Positions 19,462 to 29,270 are shown, counted from the first letter of the stretch. The stretch is 64,000 bases of DNA from Candidatus Hydrogenedentota bacterium (GCA_963745075.1 CAVUWV010000010.1:224001-288000), one strand, 5' to 3'. The notes: generated by a model from the letters alone, not told the origin. A program made the numbers and translations.

Positions 19462-20727
19462 TTACCGCTCGTCGCGAAACGCTTCCCATGCCCCATCCAG
19501 AAAGTTATCCGCGCCCGACGCGAAGATTTGTATCGACCGGTGATTCGCGGTGTCGTTGGGATGCGAGTCCCCAGCTCCGCCGCCATATTCACCTCGCAGT
19601 TGGTTCGGATGAGAGGAGTCGCTCGCCGGGCTCGCAAGAACATTGAACCAGTCGAACACGGCCACGTTATGCAGGCCCGTGGAACTCAGGTACCTTGGCA
19701 ACCATTCCTCCGTCAGCCACTTGTTGAACGCCCGAGCGCGCCCGGCAATCTCTCGATTCGTATCGTTCCAGCACTCCGGCGGCGCGGTCACGATCACGAA
19801 CAACGTGTTCGGATTCGCGGCGAAGATGTCCTCCAACGGCCGGTACGTAGCCCCATCGTGATGGTACGAGTTCCCGGCGCCGTCTGGATGGCGGTAAACC
19901 GCTTTGTAGTTGGCGACCGTCTTCCAATCGCTGAAGGGATCGCCCGGCTCGGTGCCCTCGTCGTCAATATGACTGTTCGGAAAACAGCTCTTGTACAAGA
20001 CAATCCGGTTCACGCCGCTCGCACACCCATGCCGGCGCACGTTACCAAGATAATCGTTCAACCATAGTATCCAATGGTTCATGTCCGTCAATTCGCCGGG
20101 CACGGGTCCCAGCGAGTCGGGCCGGCCGGGATCTGCCGCCACGTCGACACCGTAGGTAATGTCGTTGCGCTCGTTGAAATAGTCCTTCGCGAGCAAGGCG
20201 TCATGCAGGCCACTGTTCAGCCAGTTCTCCCCGCAGGAGTGATGGATGAAGACGAGATTATCCCCACCGCCAGATGGCTCCGGCTCCGCTTGTGCGGGAG
20301 TTTCTGCCGGAGCTTCTGAGGGAGTGGCCTCCTCGGTCATCTGCTCCTGCGCGGTTTCGGCCGGCGCCTCGCCTGCATCGCCCGACGTCACGCGGACGTA
20401 GTCTTGCTTTATTTCCGTCGATGTGGACCCGTTCGATAACGTCACCTTGAGTGTGACGGTGTAAGTGCCAGGTTGGGCGTACTCGTGAGTGGTGTAACCC
20501 TCGGTGCTGCTGCTCCCGTCGCCGAAATCCCACGACCAACCCGTGGCGGCTTGGATGATGGCGTCGTCGCCGATGGGATGGAAGTGAACTTCGAGCGGCG
20601 CGCCCCCCGTCTCTGGCGCTCCATAGAAACTCACCACCGGATCGCCCGCCGCCGCAGTTCCCACGGGACTAAATAGCACACCGGCCAGAGCAAGGATGAA
20701 AAACGCCGACATGTATGCACGCATCAT
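19462..20727 (-). CDS. Secreted PKD-domain protein with C-terminal SGNH-like domain
   Basis: Signal peptide; PKD WSWDFGDG...THEYAQPGTYTVTL; acidic Pro/Glu linker; FIHHSCG, KSCFP, DSHPN. Confidence 0.8.
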   Translation of the reverse strand: MMRAYMSAFFILALAGVLFSPVGTAAAGDPVVSFYGAPETGGAPLEVHFHPIGDDAIIQAATGWSWDFGDGSSSTEGYTTHEYAQPGTYTVTLKVTLSNGSTSTEIKQDYVRVTSGDAGEAPAETAQEQMTEEATPSEAPAETPAQAEPEPSGGGDNLVFIHHSCGENWLNSGLHDALLAKDYFNERNDITYGVDVAADPGRPDSLGPVPGELTDMNHWILWLNDYLGNVRRHGCASGVNRIVLYKSCFPNSHIDDEGTEPGDPFSDWKTVANYKAVYRHPDGAGNSYHHDGATYRPLEDIFAANPNTLFVIVTAPPECWNDTNREIAGRARAFNKWLTEEWLPRYLSSTGLHNVAVFDWFNVLASPASDSSHPNQLRGEYGGGAGDSHPNDTANHRSIQIFASGADNFLDGAWEAFRDER

Positions 20728-20824
20728 TCGTTCCCCCATTGCTGGAATTGCTCCAGCGTCAAGCCCGGAAACCCAGGTCCCGCCCCCAAACTATCAGCAT
20801 AGCACGAAACCAGCGGTGGCGTAC

Positions 20825-21817
20825 TCAGTGCGACATGTGCAATTCCACGACATCCCCGTCGTGCAGAACGTGATCCCGGCCCACCGGTTGGCCGTCGTGG
20901 ACCCCGGCTCCCCACACGCGGGCCGTTCGTAGGTGCTCCAAAAAGTCTTTATGGACCTTCCCGGCGAACTCTTCGATGGTGCTGCCCTGTTTCAGCACGA
21001 ATGGCGCCGTGAGGTCGGCCTCATGGTGCGGCTGTTTGGAGTACACGCGGATCAGTTCCAAACGTTCCACTACGGTTTCCTTAAACTGTTCCAGGTTTCG
21101 GCCACGACTGACGGCAACCGGAAGCATCGACCAACCTTCTCCTTCCAGCTCGCGGAGAACCGAGAACTCTTCGTCCCACGATGCGTCGTCCACTTTGTTC
21201 ACGAGCACCATGCAGGGAACGACGAAATCGCCGCGGCCCTCCGGCCGTTTGGCGTTCTTGCCCATTGGAACGATGTGATGTTCCTCCAATAACTCAACGG
21301 TGTCGTCGAGTTGCTGCATGGATCGCGACTGGATATCCACCATCAGCAAAAGAAGGTCGGCCGTTCGGAGCAGGTTGAACAGTTCCGGTTCCACGTGCTC
21401 CCGGCTCAGCGGAGGCGTGTCGATCAACTGCAACTGAATATCCCGCACCGGCATCATCCCCGGCGTGGGGATCCACGTCGTAAACGGCGCTTCCGACACG
21501 TTCGGCGTAGCATGCGTTACCGCTGCGATCAGGGCGGATTTCCCGACGTTGGGCGCACCCACCACCACAACACGTGCGGGGCCTTCTTTCTCAATGTGGT
21601 AAACGGACTCCTGACGGTTGGTCTTCTTGGTACTCTCGGCGGCGTTCTTGAGCTTGGAAAGTTTCTGCCGCAAGCTGGCCCGGAGCTTGTCCGTGCCCTT
21701 GTGCTTGGGAATGGTGGCAAGCAACTCTTCCGTGAGGGCGGCCTTATCCTCGGGCGAGGTCGCCGCCTTAAGCCGGCCCTCCACTTCGAAATACTCTGGC
21801 GGTAGATTCGTCGGCAT
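20825..21817 (-). CDS. DRG/Obg-superfamily GTPase with C-terminal TGS domain
   Basis: MPTNLPPEY, IPKHKGTDKL, GAPNVGKS, PFTT, DTPP, NKVD, IRVYSK, ARVWG..GQPVGRDHVLHDGDVVELH. Confidence 0.9.
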   Translation of the reverse strand: MPTNLPPEYFEVEGRLKAATSPEDKAALTEELLATIPKHKGTDKLRASLRQKLSKLKNAAESTKKTNRQESVYHIEKEGPARVVVVGAPNVGKSALIAAVTHATPNVSEAPFTTWIPTPGMMPVRDIQLQLIDTPPLSREHVEPELFNLLRTADLLLLMVDIQSRSMQQLDDTVELLEEHHIVPMGKNAKRPEGRGDFVVPCMVLVNKVDDASWDEEFSVLRELEGEGWSMLPVAVSRGRNLEQFKETVVERLELIRVYSKQPHHEADLTAPFVLKQGSTIEEFAGKVHKDFLEHLRTARVWGAGVHDGQPVGRDHVLHDGDVVELHMSH

Positions 21818-21907
21818 GGCTGATACCGCTTCCCCTGCGCGTTTCTCAACCCGGCTCCAGAATACGAGCAACGCGGGGGCCTGTCAACCGGCGGTTGACG
21901 ACGTAGG

Positions 21908-22046
21908 GCGCAGAGACAGCAGAGACAGCAGGGACAGGGAAAGTCACAATATGAGCTTTGGAGTCTTGCCGGAGATTTCCCCCCACGGCTTGTGAGGATG
22001 GCCGTTATCGTCCCTGTTGTCCCTGCTGTCTCTGCTGTCCCTGCGC
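21908..22046. repeat. Inverted nonamer-array cassette (AGRGACAGC)n ... (GCTGTCYCT)n
   Basis: GCGCAGAGACAGCAGAGACAGCAGGGACAG is complementary to CTGTTGTCCCTGCTGTCTCTGCTGTCCCTGCGC; related solo arm at 62704-62737. Confidence 0.8.
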
Positions 22047-22135
22047 TTCCAAAGGACGTTGCACCAAGTTGCATCATCCGCAACAAATTCTCTAGGCTCC
22101 TTCATCGTCATTATCCGGTCACTTGGGGCTGTGTT

Positions 22136-24281
22136 ATGTTTAATCTGCGTCAACGTTCCTTAATTCTGTTTAGTCTTCTTCTGACTGCGTCGTCCGTATA
22201 CGCCGGGTGGTGGGGGCCCCGCGACCAAAAGGAGTGGCGCTGGTACCTCGGCGATCAACACAGCTCGCATTACTCCAGGCTGGACCAGATCAATGTGAAG
22301 AACGTCGCGCAACTCGAACCGGTGTGGACCTACCACAGCGGCGGCGAAGCCCAGATTCAGACCAACCCCATCGTTATCGACGGTTTGCTCTACGGCATCT
22401 CGGCGGACCGAAAGGTCTTCGCCTTGGAAGCCGATACGGGCCGGGAGGCATGGGTACACACGCCGGAACATTACGAAGGCTCCGGCGGCGTCGTGCGCGG
22501 TCTTTTGTACTGGTCGGATGGCGACGATCGGCGCATCTACGCGACCATCGAACACCACCTCTACGCTCTGAACGCCCGCACCGGCGCCCTCATCAAATCC
22601 TTCTGCGTCGATGGCGCGCTCGACATCAAGACCCTGTACGACCGTGACGTTCTCAAAGCTGCACGTCACGTCCAGTTCGCCGGGCGTGATTTACAAGAAC
22701 ACGCTGATCCTTTCCATTCGCACGTCCGAGGCCCTCCCCGCTGCGCCGGGCGATATCATCGCGCTGAATGTCCTCACCGGCAAGCGCGAATGGATCTTCC
22801 ATACCATTCCCCATCCTGGCGAAGCGGGTTACGACACGTGGCCGGACGGCGCCTGGGAAACTGCGGGCGGAGCGAACTGCTGGGCGGGGATGAGTCTCGA
22901 TGCCAAACGGGGCATCGTTTACATCCCGACTGGTTCCGCCGCCTACGACTTCTACGGGGCCGACCGGAAAGGGGCCGATCTCTTTGCGAACTGTTTACTC
23001 GCGTTGAATGCGGAAACCGGCGAGCGCATCTGGCATTTCCAGGCCATCCATCACGACTTGTGGGATCGCGATTTGCCCGCCCCGCCGAACCTGGTGACCG
23101 TCCGTCACAATGGCCGGAAGCGCGACGCGGTCGCGCAGATCACCAAGTCGGCCTTTGTCTTCTTGTTCGATCGCGAAACCGGCGAGCCGCTTTTCCCCAT
23201 CGAAGAGCGTCCCGTGCAACCCAGCCGCATCCCGGGCGAAGCGGCGTGGCCTACGCAGCCCATCCCTTTGAAGCCGCCGCCGTTCCAACCCCAGGCCTTC
23301 ACCGAAGATATGGTCACCACGCGCACCCCCGAGGCCCACACCTACGCCCTCGACCGCCTGCGTCGCGCGCGCACGGGCGAGCAGTTCATTCCGCCGAGTC
23401 TCGAAGGCACGGTCATCTTCCCTGGATTCGACGGTGGGGGCGAGTGGGGAGGCGCCGCGTCGGATCCGAAGACGGGCATGCTCTACGTCAACGCCAGCGT
23501 GATGCCCTGGATCCTCACCATGTACGAAGTGCACGAGGAGGGCGGTCCGAACGCAGCGGCGACCCGGGTCTACGCGCAGAACTGCATCTATTGCCACGGG
23601 CCGGACCTCAAGGGCGATCCCTTGAACGAGTTCCCGCCGCTGCGCGATCTCAAAACGAAGTACAGCGCCGACGAGATGGCGACCATCGTCCGGAATGGCC
23701 GCGAACGCATGCCGTCCTTCGGCTTCCTGAGCGACGCCGAAGTGAAGACCGTCACTCAGTTCCTCTTCGACCTCGACGAGCGGCAGGCGGATTCGATGGC
23801 CTCCGCTACGCAGGCCGAAGCCGCGCCGACTTCCGGCGAGCGCCGGTTTACCAGCACCGGCTACAACCGTTTCGTGGATCAGGACGGCTATCCCGCCATC
23901 AAACCGCCCTGGGGCACGCTGACCGCCATCGATCTCAACGAAGGCGCAATCACGTGGCAGGTCCCGCTCGGTGACGCGCCCGAACTCGCTGCGCAGGGCC
24001 TGACCCATACCGGCGTCGAAAACTACGGTGGCCCCATCGTCACCGCGGGCGGGCTGATCTTCATCGCCGCAACGAAAGACGACTGCATCCGTGCCTTCGA
24101 CAAGGACACTGGCAAAGAACTTTGGAAAGCGACGCTGCCCTTCGCGGGGTACGCCACCCCCTGCACCTACGAAATCGACGGCCGCCAATACCTCGTCATC
24201 GCCGCCGCGGGCGGCAAACTCGGCAGCCCTTCCGGCGACGCCTACGTCGCCTACGCGCTGCCGGACCACAGAAAAGAGTAG
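22136..24281 (+). CDS. PQQ-dependent (quinoprotein glucose) dehydrogenase with embedded c-type cytochrome, apparent +1 frameshift near 22650
   Basis: Signal peptide, YSRLDQIN..NV..L..VWTY, QTNP, GGANCW, HHDLWDRDLP, PGFDGGGEWGG, CIYCHG, PPWGTL, GGPIVTAGGL; GACGTTCTCA has one extra T. Confidence 0.9.
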
Positions 24282-24342
24282 TGAAAACAAGAACTCCATT
24301 TGTAGCCTCTCGCTGATGATGAGGCACTATCTGAGAGTCGAT

Positions 24343-24537
24343 AAGAAACATCCCCCTTGATCCCCCTTCAAAGGGGGAATTGTTCGCAACGCTTTGCGTT
24401 GCGCATCAGCGTTGGCAAGGATTCGCAGTATGGTCCAAGCGCAATACAAACTATCGATAGTTTTCCGTCGCGGCTGACGCGCCGCGAAGCGGCTGCGCAA
24501 ATTCCCCCTTTGAAGGGGGATCAAGGGGGATGATCTT
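24343..24537. repeat. Family A element, copy 2
   Basis: Same inverted arms; core contains CGCAACGCTTTGCGTTGCG and is the reverse complement homolog of copy 3 core. Confidence 0.88.
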
Positions 24538-24631
24538 CGTTTCCCCCGGTATCCAGCTTTCCGTTCACCTTGATGCCCGTTTCGACATTCGGCATAGTTG
24601 CCTTCTGCGGTAGGCTTGGAAGGAGATCAGT

Positions 24632-25330
24632 ATGCATCTCGGCCCGGAGGCGATTGGCTGGTACGTCATCTTTCTGCTCAACATCACCCTGCATGAGGCC
24701 GCCCACGCGTTCGTCGCGTACAAGGGCGGCGACTCCACCGCGTACGACAACGGCCAAGTCACCCTGAACCCCATCCCGCACATCAAGCACGAACCTATCG
24801 GCACCGTCGTCGTGCCCATCATTTCCTTGTTCCTCATGGGCTGGCCCCTCGGCTTTGCCAGCGCGCCCTACGATCCCTACTGGGCCGGTCGGCATCCGTA
24901 TCGTGCAGGCTTCATGGCCCTCGCCGGTCCTCTAGCAAACCTGCTTCTCGTGATTCTCGCGGCCGTGCTCATCTGGATCGGGATCGCCGTTGGCGTGTTC
25001 GTCGGGCCGTCCTCCGCCAACATCGATCACGTCGTCGAAGCGACCCAGGGTGGTGTCTGGGGCAGCCTCGCGTACGTCCTCAGCATCCTCTTTTCGCTCA
25101 ACCTGCTCCTGTTCGTATTCAACCTTTTGCCCTTCCCGCCCCTCGACGGCAGCGGCGTCCTGTCCCTGTTTCTCCCGGAAAACGCGGCCGTCAAACTCCA
25201 GGAATTCCTCAGCAACCCCATGTTCACCCTCATCGGACTACTCGTCGCCTGGAAGATCTTCTGGCCCATCTTCGACCCCATCTTCACGCTGTCCCTGAAC
25301 ATCCTCTACCCCGGCGCAGGGTATGGATAA
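24632..25330 (+). CDS. Site-2 protease (M50) family intramembrane metalloprotease
   Basis: HEAAH, GDST, TLNPIPH, ALAGPLAN, FNLLPFPPLDG; several TM helices. Confidence 0.93.
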   Translation: MHLGPEAIGWYVIFLLNITLHEAAHAFVAYKGGDSTAYDNGQVTLNPIPHIKHEPIGTVVVPIISLFLMGWPLGFASAPYDPYWAGRHPYRAGFMALAGPLANLLLVILAAVLIWIGIAVGVFVGPSSANIDHVVEATQGGVWGSLAYVLSILFSLNLLLFVFNLLPFPPLDGSGVLSLFLPENAAVKLQEFLSNPMFTLIGLLVAWKIFWPIFDPIFTLSLNILYPGAGYG

Positions 25331-25364
25331 GTGGAGGGTGGAGTCTGGAGACCGGAAAGAAGGT

Positions 25365-25520
25365 ATCCCCACCCTTCAAAGGGGGAGTATTCCCCGGCTT
25401 GGTCAGTCAATAATATGTATTGCGCGTGGACCGCAGTTCGGACCCTTGCTACCGCTGATACGCAACGCAAAGCGTTGCGATAAATTCCCCCTTTGAAGGG
25501 GGATCAAGGGGGATGTTCTT
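25365..25520. repeat. Family A element, copy 3 (left arm partly deleted)
   Basis: CCCTTCAAAGGGGGA ... CGCAACGCAAAGCGTTGCG ... TCCCCCTTTGAAGGGGGATCAAGGGGGATGTTCTT. Confidence 0.85.
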
Positions 25521-25544
25521 TTTTTATTCAGCCGAATTCCCCCA

Positions 25545-25573
25545 TTGACGGTGGCTTTCAATCGGCCTACCAT
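25545..25573 (+). promoter_or_regulatory. Putative sigma70 promoter
   Basis: TTGACG-17 nt-TACCAT upstream of the lipoprotein gene. Confidence 0.45.
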
Positions 25574-25626
25574 AAAGCCAAAATCGCCGACACCGTCAAT
25601 GTGCTCGGGCGGGGGGGAGACGTACC

Positions 25627-26013
25627 ATGAACGCGAAGAACCTGCTAGTGCTCGCCACGACGTTGGCCATCGGCGCGGCGTTGTTCAACGGTTGCCCGCC
25701 GGTCGAACCGCCACACGTGGTCCTCGGCACCTGGGACTACATCGAAGATGCCCTCAGCGGCTACATCCGTTGGGACATCAAAGCCAACGGTACCATCGAA
25801 CAGACCGATCTCGGACACGGCATCCTCGCCGGCGACCTGACGTGGGTCTTCACGGAACCCAATGAAATCCGTATCACCCAGGACAACGGTCCCGACCAAT
25901 GGATTCTCGAAGGGATCCTCTATTCCGACGACACCATGTCCGGCACCTGGGAACAAATCGCGGGCGCCGACACCGGCACCCACGGCACTTGGACCGCGAA
26001 TCGGTTTCCGTGA
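25627..26013 (+). CDS. Small lipoprotein, beta-rich hypothetical
   Basis: Signal peptide ending LFNG-C-PP (lipobox-like), GGAG RBS, strong GC3 bias. Confidence 0.8.
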   Translation: MNAKNLLVLATTLAIGAALFNGCPPVEPPHVVLGTWDYIEDALSGYIRWDIKANGTIEQTDLGHGILAGDLTWVFTEPNEIRITQDNGPDQWILEGILYSDDTMSGTWEQIAGADTGTHGTWTANRFP

Positions 26014-26113
26014 TCCCCGGCACTCGTCCAATCCGATAGATAGTCCTCGCGAACCCGGGACGGGGCATGGGGTCTAAACTGTAGTGGAAGCCGGATTAGA
26101 GGAGGTCTGCCCA

Positions 26114-28504
26114 ATGATGCGCAAGGCTGGCGTCTGCCTGTTCGCCTTTTTTTCATCCGCTTTCTTCGCCACGACGGCGCACGCGATGAGCATCCGCGCC
26201 ATACCGCTTGCGGAGATCACGGAACAAACGGACCTTTGGGTCCGTGGCAATGTCCTTTCGGTGAAATCGAAGCCATTGAAGGAAGATGAACGGTATCGTT
26301 TCGGTCATCAGGGGACCGTCGAAGTCACCGTTGTTATCGAAATCACAAGCGCAACACGGATCCTGGATACACCGGCTATCACGGTTCATTGGGCTTCGAG
26401 CGACGAGTTCCTGCAACGGGTAACGAAGGGCGAGGAGTGCATTGCCGCACTGAGCCGACAAGATGACGGCACATACAAGAGCCTTTGGGCCTTGGGGGTC
26501 TACGGTTGGTTCCAAACAGAACCTGAAACCGGCCGGATTCCCTACGTGTGGGAAATCGGCCGAAACGTTTCGCCCGGTTTGCTCTGGGACCTGGTTAGCG
26601 CGCTGGAGATGGGTCAATATTCACTAAAAGGCCCAAGCGCTCTTCTTATCGATGCTTGGCAACGCCGGCTGAGTGACGGCCAGCGTCAAGACTTCATTGC
26701 CTCCATGCTGTTCTTCGATGCATTTCCGGGCGCCCCATTATCCCCGGCCGAATTGATCGCGGCCTTTGAACGCCAATACGCGATCAACGGGTCCCTACCG
26801 CGCAGTGAGGAACGCAGCATACAGCGGGCGATGCCGGTACTGTTCTCGTTGTTTCAACGCGTGGGCGACGAATCGTCGTTGAAATGGCTCATCGCGATCT
26901 TTGTCCAGGATTTCAGCGCGAGGGAAAGCGTTTTCGACGATCGCGAGATTGCGAAAGGTCTCGTTCAAACCATTATGGCGAAAGGGGGAGCCCAACGGAT
27001 TGATTTGGTCCACAGTCTGATCGGGAAGGAATTCGTGTGGGCTACAGAACGAGGAAACGTTCAGGCCCGAAGGACGCCGATACGTGCGGACTACGATGTG
27101 CTTGAGGCTATTGCTGCGTTTCCTGGTGACGACGTCGACGGGATGCTTCTGGACATGCTCCATCATCCAGGGAAGTACCAGATCCGCGACTCGCTGTCGC
27201 TCGCCAGCGTTTGGAACGGTTTGGCGAACCGCGGGAATCCTGAGATCGAAACCTACCTCAACGAGTTTCTTGCGAATCCCGGCACCTTTGACATCGGTGT
27301 GCGGCACTACGGTTCGGTCGATAACGCTATTGTCTATGCGCGAGAGGCCCTGCAAGCTTACGCCCGCAACTTGCCTCGAAATCAGCGACTTCAGCAATTG
27401 CAGCGGCAATACCAGCAAGGCGACCTGGGTGCGCTGGCTCAACTGCTCCGTGAGGTGAAGCCGGGCGACACCACGATGATTCCTGCATTGGCATCGGTTC
27501 CGGTTGACGATTTGCTCGACGAACAGCATGCCCTCGGCAATACCTTTTCCATCGTTGTCGCGGACAGGCTGCCCGATCCCGCGTTTCTGTCGCAGTTGCG
27601 AGCGCTCTCCGAGCGCGCGGAACGCAGCGGCCGGATTCAGATCGCCTTGGTACTCGCAGCCCTTCACGCTTGCGGCGACAAGGAACTGGCCCGCGCCAAT
27701 GCCGTAGCGCTTTTGCACGAACCGGCGCCGGACCGGGATTGGCGTGCCGTCTATGACAAAATCAACGAGAAGACCGGGCTGGTCGCGTTTCTCGGCACCA
27801 TCGGAGACCCGGCGCTGGTCGGCGAGATCGACCCGTACACCCGGCCGGACGTGCTGGATGACTGTCGAACCAAATTGACGTCGGCTGCGATCGGCGAAAG
27901 CAAAGAACCTCACGATTTCGCCGTGCGCACGCTGTGCAAGTCGGCCGTGATCGCCCTGGCCCGAACCGGCGGGGACGAAGCCGTTGCTCGCCTGCACGCG
28001 ATTTACGAAACGGGAGACATCGCCGCACGGATCGCCGCCGCTATGGGGCTGTACGCGCTCGGCGACGATACGGGCAAGGAACTCGTTGACTTGTTCGTCA
28101 ATCATCAAGAGCTTACGAATACAGAGATCGCGGCCCGGTGGCGGATCGACTTGTTCGGTGATTTCCATCACGCCGCAAAGTATCTCGAAAACCCGCGGAC
28201 CGATGCGGTTTTGCTGGAGCGGTTGCAGCGAGGGTTCGGCGACAGCGATCGCGATTTGACGGGCTACACCAAATTCCTCGATGCGCACGCGGCAACCTTG
28301 CTCCCCATCTTCGTCGAAAACCTGTCCAACGATAACAGCGGGCTCCGCCGTGACGCGCTATACCTCGTCTCCCACTACCTCGGCGGCGACCTCAACTACG
28401 ACCCCGGCAAATCGCCGCAACAACAAGCCGACGTAGTTGACCAAATCCGCGAACGAGTTAACGCATATTTGGCAAAACTCAAGGAACGAGACGGAACGGC
28501 TTAA
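26114..28504 (+). CDS. Large exported helical-repeat (HEAT-like) hypothetical protein
   Basis: RBS GAGGAGG, signal peptide ..AHA, C-terminal AVIALARTG, RIAAAMGLYALGD, LRRDAL repeats. Confidence 0.7.
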   Translation: MMRKAGVCLFAFFSSAFFATTAHAMSIRAIPLAEITEQTDLWVRGNVLSVKSKPLKEDERYRFGHQGTVEVTVVIEITSATRILDTPAITVHWASSDEFLQRVTKGEECIAALSRQDDGTYKSLWALGVYGWFQTEPETGRIPYVWEIGRNVSPGLLWDLVSALEMGQYSLKGPSALLIDAWQRRLSDGQRQDFIASMLFFDAFPGAPLSPAELIAAFERQYAINGSLPRSEERSIQRAMPVLFSLFQRVGDESSLKWLIAIFVQDFSARESVFDDREIAKGLVQTIMAKGGAQRIDLVHSLIGKEFVWATERGNVQARRTPIRADYDVLEAIAAFPGDDVDGMLLDMLHHPGKYQIRDSLSLASVWNGLANRGNPEIETYLNEFLANPGTFDIGVRHYGSVDNAIVYAREALQAYARNLPRNQRLQQLQRQYQQGDLGALAQLLREVKPGDTTMIPALASVPVDDLLDEQHALGNTFSIVVADRLPDPAFLSQLRALSERAERSGRIQIALVLAALHACGDKELARANAVALLHEPAPDRDWRAVYDKINEKTGLVAFLGTIGDPALVGEIDPYTRPDVLDDCRTKLTSAAIGESKEPHDFAVRTLCKSAVIALARTGGDEAVARLHAIYETGDIAARIAAAMGLYALGDDTGKELVDLFVNHQELTNTEIAARWRIDLFGDFHHAAKYLENPRTDAVLLERLQRGFGDSDRDLTGYTKFLDAHAATLLPIFVENLSNDNSGLRRDALYLVSHYLGGDLNYDPGKSPQQQADVVDQIRERVNAYLAKLKERDGTA

Positions 28505-28519
28505 GTGGTGCGCCCCGCG

Positions 28520-28554
28520 CCCACGGCACTTGGACCGCCAACCGGTTCCCGTAA
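28520..28554 (+). repeat. Direct repeat of the last 35 bp of the lipoprotein gene (25979-26013)
   Basis: CCCACGGCACTTGGACCGCCAACCGGTTCCCGTAA vs CCCACGGCACTTGGACCGCGAATCGGTTTCCGTGA, 31/35 identical. Confidence 0.85.
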
Positions 28555-28577
28555 GGGTCGTGGTGCGATCGTAACCT

Positions 28578-28748
28578 GAACCCTTTGGAGTGCGGCCCCT
28601 TGGGGTTGCTTTTCGTCAACTCTGGTGGTTATCCCGATGCGGTTCAGGAGCGACACCTGTTTCCTGAACTGGCGGCAGAATTCTCGTGTGGCCGCAAGCA
28701 AGCTTGCTTCGTGAAAGCAGCCCCAAGGGGCCGCACTCCATAGGGTTC
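28578..28748. repeat. Paired-palindrome element family B (TGGAGTGCGG...CCGCACTCCA), copy 1
   Basis: Arms TGGAGTGCGGCCCCTTGGGGTTGCTTT / AAAGCAGCCCCAAGGGGCCGCACTCCA; inner GCAAGCAAGCTTGCTTC shared with copy 2. Confidence 0.85.
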
Positions 28749-28791
28749 CACTCTCGTCGGCTTGGCCCTTTCTCAATCCGCAATCCGAAAT

Positions 28792-29118
28792 GGTACACCC
28801 CCCCTCTGTTTTGTTTTTGACGAGACAAGGGGGTGTACATGGGGTGGGGGCGCGTTGGGTATAGTTTGTCATGGGAGGCGATCTCCTCATAAATATAGAA
28901 CGGGTCGAGGGTTGCACGGCAACATAGCGGGAGGCTGGAGTCCTTGAACTGGAGGAATTGGGGGGTGCATCTCCTTTTGTTTTTTGACGGTTCAAGGGGG
29001 GGTGTACCGGGGGTGTTCGCGAGGATGGGGTTCCCGCGATTGCGAGGGTATGAGGCGCGTCGGGTGTAGTTTGTCACGGGCGGAGATCTCCTTATAGATA
29101 TTGTCCGGGGCGTTGCAC
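28792..29118. repeat. Two diverged tandem intergenic units (28792-28917, 28964-29118)
   Basis: Shared blocks TTTTGTTTTT.GACG...CAAGGGGG.TGTAC and GGCGCGTYGGGTRTAGTTTGTCAYGGGMGGMGATCTCCTYATARATAT...GTTGCAC. Confidence 0.75.
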
Positions 29119-29159
29119 TGGGATTAGGCTGGGAACCGGAGGCCGGCGTTCGGAATATG

Positions 29160-29241
29160 AACCGCGAAGTCGCGAAGTTCGCGAAGGAAGGACGAAAGCC
29201 CACGCGCATAGAAAACTTCGCGGCCTTCGCGCCATCGCGGT
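29160..29241. repeat. Inverted nonamer-array cassette (CGCGAAG..)n ... (CTTCGCG..)n
   Basis: AACCGCGAAGTCGCGAAGTTCGCGAAGG and CTTCGCGGCCTTCGCGCCATCGCGGT. Confidence 0.7.
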
Positions 29242-29270
29242 GAAATTTCTTTCAATTCGCAATTCTTCCC

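Noticed and set aside
19233..19646. ORFs containing NIPLxPPSKGE / PPLKGDQGGC peptides (also 17982, 24327, 33569, 33775)
   Set aside because: They are translations of the family A repeat arms, not genes.
21992..23974. 660-aa ORF overlapping the PQQ dehydrogenase
   Set aside because: Only 22136-22650 is real coding; the rest is off-frame read-through after the indel, and the upstream part translates a nonamer repeat.
25979..28554. Possible DGR template/variable repeat pair
   Set aside because: Only 35 bp, mismatches are not adenine-specific, and no reverse transcriptase is present.
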